Positions 24,501 to 35,065 of a DNA stretch of 64,000 nt are shown here, one piece after another; positions within the stretch are counted from its first letter, which is position 1, and every line of letters begins with the position of its first letter. A program made the position numbers and the translations under genes. The DNA lies in assembly GCA_040005235.1 (NCBI GenBank), contig JBDTZG010000004.1:96001-160000 (forward strand), read 5' to 3'. A model generated the notes under the pieces. That model was not told the DNA's origin and made no database searches. It saw only the letters and a list, made by a program, of their open reading frames with translations. Source of the DNA: Acidobacteriota bacterium (GTDB lineage: Bacteria > Acidobacteriota > Thermoanaerobaculia > Multivoradales > UBA5704).

Positions 24501-26638
24501 TACCTTCTCTTCGCCTCCTTCACCTCGATCTCCGCCGTCACCTGCCGGGGCGGCAGCGCTCCGGTGAGGCGCATTTCGGTGCTTCCGGGGGCCGGCTGGA
24601 ACGAGGGCCTGACCTCTACGGCTGTACCCGCCCGGTTGAGGCTGAAGCTCTGCTGGCCACTTTCGTTGCCGCCGACGTTGATCCGGTCGGTCAGCACGCC
24701 CGGCTTGTTCTTGAGCTCCGCCCAAGGATCGCGGGCGGTCGGGATTTTCTCCAGCTCTTGGGCGCTGACCGTGTTGCCGGTGGAGATCCGTCTTTGGTCG
24801 AGCAGGGGTGACTCCGCAGTCACCGTGATGACATCCTCGGACGACTCGGGTTCCATTTCTTCATAGGCGTCGAAATCGTAGTACCCAGCATCGGCTTCGA
24901 CTCGTCCATCTTTCTTCGCGCGTCGGATCGGCGTCTGTGATCTAGGCACCGGCCGCAGGCTTCCGCCCGTGTAGCGCGCGGCGATCCCGGGAGGCAGATA
25001 GAGCCGCCAGCTGTGCTGGAGCACCTCTCCGCCGGGGCCCGTTTGCAGCTGGGGCAGCGCGAAGGTGCGGCGCGCGGCGCGCTTGGCCGCGACGAGAGAA
25101 CGATCGGTGAGCGAGATCTCCACCGTCGTCGGCCCCTCTCCGCGATAGCGCAGGGGGAGCAGGTGCTTGCCGTTCCGCTCGATCGGCCGGACCACATCGC
25201 CGTCGACGGTCGCCGATTCGAACCGCATCCCTTCCGGCAGGGTCAGCTCCAGCGCGTCGCGGTGATCGAGAAGGAAGAAGCGATCCTGGACCAGGAGGGT
25301 GCCGTCGGCGTTGACATAGGTCGCGGTCCAGCGGTTCGCGATCGGCATCGCCGTGCGGTCGACCGTCGGGAGAAGGCCGATTCGGAGGGCAGGCTGCGGC
25401 CCGGCTGCAGAGCCCGTCGCGACGGCCGCTTCGAGCCTCCAACCTCCGACCGGCGGGCGCTCGGCCAGCTCCGCTTCGAGCGAATCGGGCGGATCGGTGA
25501 GGTCGATCGTCGACCAGGCGGCCTCCGGCACCGGGTTGAGGGTCGCTACGACCGAAGAAGAGACCACGAGGTAGCGCGCGCGCACGGCGACCGACGGCTC
25601 GACGATACCGAACGCCAGCTCCGCGGGAGGCGGCCCGGAGCGCCGGGAGAGGATCTTCAAGAAACCCGATCCGGCGAGCCGCTGCTTTCGCTTGCCCGAG
25701 ACCCACGCGCCGGAGCTCGAAGAGCCTCCGATCGAAACCTCCATGCCGTCGTCCATCCAGGCGCGTTCGACGACTAGGCCGGCGGGCAACTTCGCTTCCA
25801 AGGTCGCGAGCTCGCCGCGCAGGACTTCGACCAGGACCGTATCGAGGCGAAGCACCTCGTCGGCCCGCAGGTCGAGATGGGTGATGACGACCGACCGGGC
25901 GACGGCGGTCGCGGTGGCCATGGAAGGTGCCGCGGCGGTCCGCACGGAGAGGACTCCTGCGCCGGCTCCTTGAACGGGAGCCGGGGCCAGAAGCAGGTGC
26001 CGACGACCGGCGTCGATCCGGTCTTCGAGCTTGATCGCGCCGGGCAGCTCCCAGCCGACTTCCGTGGGCAGGTCGAGGCGCACTTCGGAGATCGGCGCGG
26101 ACCCCGCTTCGGTGGGGATCGAAAAGTTCTCTGCCGCCACCTCCCCGCCTTCCCCTGCCTCCGGGCGATCGACGCGGCTGGTTACGGTTGCGACGTAATG
26201 GCCGGCGGCCGAGGGCACGAAAGCGAGAGCACCGCTCGTCGTTCGATAGAGCTTGGCAGGGGTGCGGGCCTCGGTTCGCACGCTCTCGATCCGGCCTCCC
26301 ACCGGCAACGCGATCGGGGTGCCGCCCTTGCCTTGGGCATCGACCTCGAAGCGGGTTTCGAGCCGCGCGACGTTCCCCTCCAAACGGACAGAGATGCGCT
26401 GCGCGGCCAGCAGGGTCGAGTTTGCGGCGACGGGAGGTTTCGTCCCTTCGGCCTCGCGGGCGCGACGGACCAGATCGAGATAATCGGCGAGCGGCAGATG
26501 GACCGCTTCGACACCGGACTCCTCCTCGGCGCGAGCCGGGGCGGAGAAGGGGACGAGGGACGAGAACAGCGCGACCGCGGCGATTGCCGCCAGGACCATC
26601 CGGGCCACCCGGAGGGACGAAGTCTGATAGGAACGCAT
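24500..26638 (-). CDS. Secreted hypothetical beta-rich protein with an inserted TonB-dependent-receptor plug-like segment
   Basis: Signal peptide (…APARA|EEE); ATG overlaps the upstream stop (TAATG); C-terminal VITVTAESPLLD…IPTARDPW…PGVLTDRINVGGNESGQQS. Confidence 0.7.
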   Translation of the reverse strand: MRSYQTSSLRVARMVLAAIAAVALFSSLVPFSAPARAEEESGVEAVHLPLADYLDLVRRAREAEGTKPPVAANSTLLAAQRISVRLEGNVARLETRFEVDAQGKGGTPIALPVGGRIESVRTEARTPAKLYRTTSGALAFVPSAAGHYVATVTSRVDRPEAGEGGEVAAENFSIPTEAGSAPISEVRLDLPTEVGWELPGAIKLEDRIDAGRRHLLLAPAPVQGAGAGVLSVRTAAAPSMATATAVARSVVITHLDLRADEVLRLDTVLVEVLRGELATLEAKLPAGLVVERAWMDDGMEVSIGGSSSSGAWVSGKRKQRLAGSGFLKILSRRSGPPPAELAFGIVEPSVAVRARYLVVSSSVVATLNPVPEAAWSTIDLTDPPDSLEAELAERPPVGGWRLEAAVATGSAAGPQPALRIGLLPTVDRTAMPIANRWTATYVNADGTLLVQDRFFLLDHRDALELTLPEGMRFESATVDGDVVRPIERNGKHLLPLRYRGEGPTTVEISLTDRSLVAAKRAARRTFALPQLQTGPGGEVLQHSWRLYLPPGIAARYTGGSLRPVPRSQTPIRRAKKDGRVEADAGYYDFDAYEEMEPESSEDVITVTAESPLLDQRRISTGNTVSAQELEKIPTARDPWAELKNKPGVLTDRINVGGNESGQQSFSLNRAGTAVEVRPSFQPAPGSTEMRLTGALPPRQVTAEIEVKEAKRR

Positions 26639-28425
26639 TATCGATCCCTCCTCGAAACAGGCAGCGGTTTGACATCGATCAGCAGCGGGGGCGGTTCTTT
26701 CGACCAGCCGGCCCAGTTCGCCTCGAAGACCGAAAAGCCGGCCGGGGCGTCCAGGAACGAAATCCAGGAGGGTTGGGAGGAGCGAGCCGAAAGGCCGCCC
26801 GGCGGAGGCGATACGCTCCCCGCGCGCCCCGGCTCGGCAAACGTATAAAGGAAGCCGGGAGGTGCGACGACGCGCACTTCGACCCGGCTGGCGGGAATCC
26901 CGAGCCGCGGCAGGGGGATGCTCAGTCGCCCGCCTTGGGCCGGAAACGGCGCGTCGATCAGCGCATCGAGATAGGCGACCTGGGAGGCTTCGCGCACCAC
27001 CATGGGGAGCGCCCACTCGTCGATCCCGCCGCCAACGGCGCCCCCCGAAAGGCGCCCCGGAGTGACCTCGACACCGTCGCGCCTGGCGGTGAGCAGGCGC
27101 GCCGAGGCCGGGAGGCCGAGCACGAGCGCCGACTCGCCGTTTCGCGCATCGGCCCACAGTTGGTAATGCGCGGTGCCCGCCTCGCCAATCAGTACGTCAA
27201 CCACCAGGCGGTCGATCTGGCCGGTCAGCACCTCGCCGCCGGTCGCCCAGGTGACCCGCCAGAGCGGTGAAAGGCGGCCCGGCTCGGCGCGCAGCGGCTC
27301 GCCCGGAGCGTCGCGGAAACCTGAGGCAAAGGCGCCTAGTTGGTCGACGGCCAACCGTTCGAGCGGTTGAGGCCCGATCGGTTCGAGCAGTCCGTCGTTG
27401 GCGCGCACGGCGACTTTGCGCGCGGCGCGCACGGTCCGGGCCTCGGCGGGAACGAGCACCGGGCTGTCGACCTCCGTCGCCGGATCGGCAGCGAGCTGGA
27501 TCTGGAGACTGAAGTCACGGGCCGTCTGTCGGCGCAGGCGAATCGCAAGCGTGGCGCTTTTCACCTCCCAGTCGGCCACCCGATCGCCGGTCGCCGCGAG
27601 CACTTCATATCCGGCCGGCACCGGAACGCTCAAGCCTTCGAAGGTCTCCGGCCGGCCGCCGCGGACGTGGATTTCGAGGAACGAGGTCACCCGCCGCCGA
27701 GCCCGCGAAACGGCCAACGCGCTCGCGGTGTCGACGTCGAAAGAAAGAGGCTCGTCCGCAGTCGGCGCGACGGGCGCCGGCTGGCCGAACAGCCGGAGGC
27801 TCAAGCGTGCTCCGGGGTCGCCCACCAAGCTCCAGCGGCCCGGGCCGTCCTCCGCCGCGGTTCCGCCGGTCTGTGCTTCAATCCTTTGGATTCCATTTCC
27901 CGCAGTGAGCGTGCCGGTGACCCAGCCGGCGGCCGGCCATGTCACCTCCAGATGGCGCTCCGCTTCGACCGCGTTCAAATCAAGCGGCACCGGAAGGGCG
28001 GACTCGACCGTCACCGTATGTCGCCCGCTTCCGCGCAGGCGCAGAAACGCCGGGCCCGAGGCCCCATGGGGCGAGTCGATCGCGGCCTCGCAGCCCACGG
28101 CGGCGACCGAGATCAAAGAACCCAGCCCCGGCAAGGCGAGGATCAGGTCGTCCGTCGGCTGGGCAGGATCGAGAACCACCGCCAATTCAGTGGATAGGCG
28201 CGCGGAATCCGCGCCGACCACGATGCCGATTCGCGCGGATTCAACGGCGAGCGGTACGGTGGGGGCCGGCGGATCGGGAGGCTTCGGATGCGCCTGGTCC
28301 CAGAGCGTCTGGAACCGTTCGAGCGAGAGTGACACCTGCTGCGATACGAGAGGTGACGGCGCCGCGAGCCACGCGGCGATTCCTCCCAGCAGCAGAGCGG
28401 CGAGGGTACGGCGGGAGCTTCTCAT
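26638..28425 (-). CDS. Secreted hypothetical protein, probable distant paralogue of the downstream gene
   Basis: Signal peptide and RBS GGAGG. N-terminal VSLSLERFQTL…ARLSTEL parallels VHLPLADYLDL…ARLETRF of the neighbour. Confidence 0.7.
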   Translation of the reverse strand: MRSSRRTLAALLLGGIAAWLAAPSPLVSQQVSLSLERFQTLWDQAHPKPPDPPAPTVPLAVESARIGIVVGADSARLSTELAVVLDPAQPTDDLILALPGLGSLISVAAVGCEAAIDSPHGASGPAFLRLRGSGRHTVTVESALPVPLDLNAVEAERHLEVTWPAAGWVTGTLTAGNGIQRIEAQTGGTAAEDGPGRWSLVGDPGARLSLRLFGQPAPVAPTADEPLSFDVDTASALAVSRARRRVTSFLEIHVRGGRPETFEGLSVPVPAGYEVLAATGDRVADWEVKSATLAIRLRRQTARDFSLQIQLAADPATEVDSPVLVPAEARTVRAARKVAVRANDGLLEPIGPQPLERLAVDQLGAFASGFRDAPGEPLRAEPGRLSPLWRVTWATGGEVLTGQIDRLVVDVLIGEAGTAHYQLWADARNGESALVLGLPASARLLTARRDGVEVTPGRLSGGAVGGGIDEWALPMVVREASQVAYLDALIDAPFPAQGGRLSIPLPRLGIPASRVEVRVVAPPGFLYTFAEPGRAGSVSPPPGGLSARSSQPSWISFLDAPAGFSVFEANWAGWSKEPPPLLIDVKPLPVSRRDR

Positions 28426-28499
28426 GGCCAGCCTCCGAGTCGATTCGACTCCAACAGATGACGCAACAGCGTTTCGAACAGGCGCTGTGCGGGCCCTGC

Positions 28500-28515
28500 T
28501 GCAAGCCGGTGGCCA
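28500..28515 (-). promoter_or_regulatory. Sigma-54 (-24/-12) promoter of the two secreted-protein genes
   Basis: Minus strand TGGCCACCGGCTTGCA is TGGC-N7-TTGCA with GG-N10-GC spacing, 75 bp upstream of ATG 28425. Confidence 0.6.
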
Positions 28516-28539
28516 GGGGGCGGCCCGCCTGAAACGTAC

Positions 28540-29547
28540 CTACTTCTCGCTGTCGAGCACCCGCATCTGGTGGGGGTCGTAGCGGGCTCCGGCGACGGCG
28601 GAGGCGGGGATCGCCTCTTCGATCCGGGCGAGATCGGCGGGGGAGAGATTGACGTCGAGCGCGCCCAAAGTTTCGTCGAGCTGGGTGCGTTTCCGCGCAC
28701 CAAGGACAGGCACGATGTAGTTCCCTTTGGCGAGCACCCAGGCGATCGCGAGCTGAGCGGGCCGAGTTCCTTTTTCCGCTGCGAGTTTCTCCAGCTCCGC
28801 GACCAGACGCTCGTTGCGTTCGCGGTTTTCTCCGGCAAAGCGCGGCAGGTGGGCGCGGAAATCTCCCGCCGCAGCGGGCTTCGAGCCGGAGAGCAGGCCG
28901 CGCGAGAGGACGCCGTAGGCGGTGACGCCGATGCCCAACTCTTCGAGGGTTGGGAAGATCGAGGCCTCCGGGCCGCGGCTGAGCAGTGAGTATTCGATCT
29001 GAAGGTCGCAGATCGGGTGGACCGCGTGCGCGCGGCGAATCGTCTCCGCTCCGACTTCCGACAGGCCGATCGCGCGGACGTAGCCAGCCTGGACCAGCTT
29101 GGCGATCGCTCCGATCGTCTCTTCGATCGGCACCTGCGGATCGAGGCGCGCCGGCCGGTAGATATCGATGTGCTCGACGCCCAGGCGCTTGAGCGTGTAG
29201 CCGAGAAAATTCGCGACCGCCGCGGGGCGGCCATCGAAACCGAGAAAGGCGCCGTCCAGCCCGCGCATCGCACCGAATTTGACCGACAGTAACGCGTGCT
29301 CCCGGCTGCCAGGGCGTTCGCGCAGCGCGCGGCCGATCAGCATCTCGTTGTGCCCCTGGCCGTAGAAGTCGCCCGTATCGAGCAGCGTGATCCCGGAATC
29401 GAGCGCGGAGTGTATCGTCGCCAGGCTCTCCACCTCGTCGGCGGGGCCGTACATTCCGGACATTCCCATGCAGCCGAGGGCGATGGGGAAAACGGTGGGG
29501 CCGGAATTACCCAGGGAGCGGGGAGCTTTGGAAGTTTCGGTGGTCAT
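28540..29547 (-). CDS. Aldo/keto reductase
   Basis: LGCMGMSGMYG, LDTGDFYG, GLSEVG, QIEYSLLSR and QLAIAWVL motifs. Confidence 0.93.
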   Translation of the reverse strand: MTTETSKAPRSLGNSGPTVFPIALGCMGMSGMYGPADEVESLATIHSALDSGITLLDTGDFYGQGHNEMLIGRALRERPGSREHALLSVKFGAMRGLDGAFLGFDGRPAAVANFLGYTLKRLGVEHIDIYRPARLDPQVPIEETIGAIAKLVQAGYVRAIGLSEVGAETIRRAHAVHPICDLQIEYSLLSRGPEASIFPTLEELGIGVTAYGVLSRGLLSGSKPAAAGDFRAHLPRFAGENRERNERLVAELEKLAAEKGTRPAQLAIAWVLAKGNYIVPVLGARKRTQLDETLGALDVNLSPADLARIEEAIPASAVAGARYDPHQMRVLDSEK

Positions 29548-29697
29548 GAAGAGAGGATACTCCCACGGTGTCGCAGCTGAGCATCGAGCAATACCCCTCG
29601 TCCGAGGCGATTCGCCAGGAGTGGAAGCTGCCGCTCCTGTCCGGTATGGGGTGGCGCGGTTTGGATGACAACCAGCTCAAGGCGCTGGCTTCAATAC

Positions 29698-29803
29698 CCA
29701 GGCCTCCAGCCTGGACTAACGTGACGCGGCCCTTCAGGCCGCAACTTTGCGGTACGTGCGGCCCAACGGGTCGCGTATTCGTTAGCCGAGGCTGGAGGCC
29801 TGG
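29698..29803. repeat. REP-doublet-like inverted repeat downstream of topA
   Basis: CCAGGCCTCCAGCCT…ACTAACG…GACGCGGCCC pairs with GGGTCGCGT…CGTTAG…AGGCTGGAGGCCTGG (15-bp perfect outer arms). Confidence 0.7.
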
Positions 29804-29835
29804 TCAACGATCGTTGGCCGGCCCGCGCCGCCCCG

Positions 29836-32157
<2,322 letters not shown>

Positions 32158-32275
32158 GGGTTCCCTCTAACGCTCCGGAGCGATTCTCCATTCCAAAGGC
32201 CCGTTCGAGCCGCCCGATGATGTCCGCCCCGGAGGCGAGCCGGGGAGGGTACCACCGGGCACCCGGGGTCGCAAC

Positions 32276-33460
32276 TTACACCCGCCGATACCTCCCGCCC
32301 GGCATTCTCAAGACCCGTCCGAGCAGCTCCAGCTCCAAGAGGGTCGCGAGCACGCGGTCGATCGGGGCGCCGGTCGCCACGACCAGATCCTCCGGCGCAC
32401 GGTCGAATCCCGGAACCAGGGCCTGAAGGATCGCCCCGGCGAGGCCGGGCAGCGGCTCGGGTTCCGGCGGCTCCGACGGGAGAATCGACAGTTGGGTTGC
32501 AGTGCGAGGTGCGAACAGATCGAACAGATCCTTTGGGTGCTGGGCGAGGAAGGCGCCGTCGCGCAGCAGGGCGTGGGGCCCGAGCGAGCGTTCGTCAAAG
32601 ATTTGGCCGGGGACGGCGAACACATCGCGGCCGAGGTCGAGCGCCCATCGTGCGGTCGAGAGCGAACCGGACCGCGCGGCGGCCTGAACCACAAGGACGG
32701 CTTGGCTGAGTGCAGCGATCGACCGGTTCCGCACGGGGAAGTTCCAACTGCGCGGCTCGTAGCCGCAAGGAAATTCGCTCACCAGGGCGCCCCGGGCGGC
32801 GATCGCCCGGCCGAGGTGGGCATGGCCGCGCGGATAGTCGATCCCCAAACCGCAGCCGAGGATCGCGACCGTCCGGCCGGACAGAGGCGCGAGTGCGCCG
32901 CGATGGGCCGCCGCGTCGATGCCCCGGGCAAAGCCCGAGACCACCGCGATCCCGCGCTCGGCGAGGGCCGAGGCGAAGAGCTGGGCGACCTCTAGGCCGT
33001 AGGCGTCCGCCCGGCGCGAGCCGACGATCGCTACCGCCGGCCCGGTGGGCAAGTCGCCCGCGATCGAGAGGACCGGCGGGGCGAGCGGCAGCTCGGCGAG
33101 TGCCGGGGGATATTCGGGATCGAGCCGGGTGACGATCCGGGCGCCGAAGGCGGCCGCACGCTCGCGCTCCGCGATTCCCGCCTCGCGGGCTTGCGGGAGC
33201 GCCGCGAGCGCGGTTTCGAGCTGGCGCTTCGGCAGGCCCAGCTCGCGGGCGAGCCGCTCGGGGGAAGGGGCGGCGGCTCCGGTCCAGACGTCAAGATCCT
33301 CGGCCAGGCGGGCGAGCGCCGCGCGGGAGAGGTTCTTCTCGGCATGCAGGCCGATCAACAGGTCGGTCATGGAGCGGGGCGAAAGATGGATGGGGTGCGG
33401 CGGGACGACTTCGGACGGGGTGATGTGCGAGCTCAGAGTCTCGCCGTTCGTCGTTTTCAT
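32276..33460 (-). CDS. dprA: DNA-processing protein DprA (start may be 33370)
   Basis: VAIVGSR, VVSGFARGIDAAAH, FPVRNRSIA and SGSLSTA motifs; classic dprA-topA order; RBS GAGGAGG before ATG 33460. Confidence 0.93.
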   Translation of the reverse strand: MKTTNGETLSSHITPSEVVPPHPIHLSPRSMTDLLIGLHAEKNLSRAALARLAEDLDVWTGAAAPSPERLARELGLPKRQLETALAALPQAREAGIAERERAAAFGARIVTRLDPEYPPALAELPLAPPVLSIAGDLPTGPAVAIVGSRRADAYGLEVAQLFASALAERGIAVVSGFARGIDAAAHRGALAPLSGRTVAILGCGLGIDYPRGHAHLGRAIAARGALVSEFPCGYEPRSWNFPVRNRSIAALSQAVLVVQAAARSGSLSTARWALDLGRDVFAVPGQIFDERSLGPHALLRDGAFLAQHPKDLFDLFAPRTATQLSILPSEPPEPEPLPGLAGAILQALVPGFDRAPEDLVVATGAPIDRVLATLLELELLGRVLRMPGGRYRRV

Positions 33461-33677
33461 GGCGCGTGGCCTCCTCGCCAGAGAAAAGACGTAAAAGGGG
33501 GGGCTGAGTCTCGATGATTCGGGGACGAAGGCCGTCCGGAAGCGCGAAGTCGTTCGTATATACTCCCCGAGGCCAGCCCAAGGACGGTACCTCCTACGAG
33601 CGCACTCGAACGTGATGACGACACGCGCGATCCCCCAGACGCACCGCTCGAAACCCTCGGTCACGGAGACCACGCCG

Positions 33678-34196
33678 ATGTCTCGCGCCTTCCTCCGGCT
33701 CCAATTCCTCCCCTTCGCGACCGTCTGTCTGATCGTTTTCGGCTTGGCCGGGTCACGACCCGCCGCCGCGCGCGATTCGGCCGGCGGCGCCCAGCTCTCC
33801 TTCGGGGTCAAGATGGCCCAGCAGGGCCTGTGGAACGAAGCTCTGTTCCGCTTCCACCAGGCCGATCTGGCGGACCCTGCCAACCCGCACATCCGCAACA
33901 ATCTCGCGGTGGCGTACGAGGCGACGGGCGATTTCGAGAAGGCCCTTACCTATTACAAGCAGGCGCTGGAAGCGGCGCCGAACGACCGGACGCTGCGCGG
34001 CAACTACGCGCGCTTCGTCGAGTTCTACCAGGCGTACAAGGGGGGCAAGGCGGTCAAGCCCACGCCGGGGCCCAAAGACGTGGCCAAGGGCGGCTTGAAC
34101 CCGGCGGAACCGCTGGTGCCAAGCGGTGCGCCAGCCTCCTCGCCGGGGGCGCCGATCGAGATTCCGGACAACGCGCCGCCGCCGCCTCCGCTTTGA
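33678..34196 (+). CDS. Secreted tetratricopeptide-repeat protein
   Basis: Signal peptide, WNEALFRF…NNLAVAYEATGDFEKA TPRs and a Pro-rich tail. Confidence 0.8.
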   Translation: MSRAFLRLQFLPFATVCLIVFGLAGSRPAAARDSAGGAQLSFGVKMAQQGLWNEALFRFHQADLADPANPHIRNNLAVAYEATGDFEKALTYYKQALEAAPNDRTLRGNYARFVEFYQAYKGGKAVKPTPGPKDVAKGGLNPAEPLVPSGAPASSPGAPIEIPDNAPPPPPL

Positions 34197-34252
34197 TGGA
34201 ACTGACGTACCTTCCGGCGGTGCACCTGCCGGGCCTTTAAGGAGAATTCTCG

Positions 34253-34957
34253 ATGCGCTGGAAGCTCTTTGCGGTCGCAGGAACGGCTCTTTTCGTCGCG
34301 TTCGCAGCGGCCCCGCCGGCCCGCGGGTCGGCGATCGAAGTACAGCTCAAGCTGCCGCAAAAGGCGCGGCTCGATCTCAAGGGCAAGAAGTCGATCGCGG
34401 TGGCGCCGTTTCAGGTCGAGACGAAAGAAGACACCCAGCGGTTTCAGGGCCGCGACATCGACGTGCAGAAAGAGTTCGCGCGCTACCTGGTGAAGGTGAT
34501 CCGGCGCGAGACCGAGCTTAAGGTGATCGAGACCGGCGGGCTCGATCTGCCCGTCACGGACTTCGAGCAACTGGCCAAGCAGACCGATTTCTGGCAGGCG
34601 CTCGGCGAGCGCACGGGCGCCGATCTGCTCCTTTCCGGGGGACTCGACTTCGACGTCCAGGACAAGACCGGCTACCGCACCGAGGAATACGTCTCGCCGT
34701 TCAACGGCCAGACCTATTACCGCCAGGTGCTGGTCGAACAGACCGGTTTCGAATACGACATCCTGATGCAGGTCTACGACGCGAAGAGCGGCACCCTGGT
34801 CTACCAGGACAACTTCAAGGATTTCCAGAAGTTCGAAGGGGAATCCACCGATCCGCTGCGCGGCATGTTCGAGAACCTGCTGTCGCTTGAGGACAAGATC
34901 GTCGGCGTCTTCACCCAGAAGGAAGTGGAGACCACGCGAACCTTGTTCACCGATTGA
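34253..34957 (+). CDS. Secreted hypothetical protein (CsgG/TolB-N-like alpha/beta fold possible)
   Basis: RBS AAGGAG, signal peptide, and the KSIAVAPF…LGERTGADLLLSG pattern. Confidence 0.7.
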   Translation: MRWKLFAVAGTALFVAFAAAPPARGSAIEVQLKLPQKARLDLKGKKSIAVAPFQVETKEDTQRFQGRDIDVQKEFARYLVKVIRRETELKVIETGGLDLPVTDFEQLAKQTDFWQALGERTGADLLLSGGLDFDVQDKTGYRTEEYVSPFNGQTYYRQVLVEQTGFEYDILMQVYDAKSGTLVYQDNFKDFQKFEGESTDPLRGMFENLLSLEDKIVGVFTQKEVETTRTLFTD

Positions 34958-35065
34958 CGGCCGATCCGAAGCGGCCCGTACGTGGTGATGATTTGTGATT
35001 CGGTCGAGGGCAATCCGGTGGTTCCCGTGGCTCGCGCACGAGCCGATTCGCGAGAGGAGGATTCG

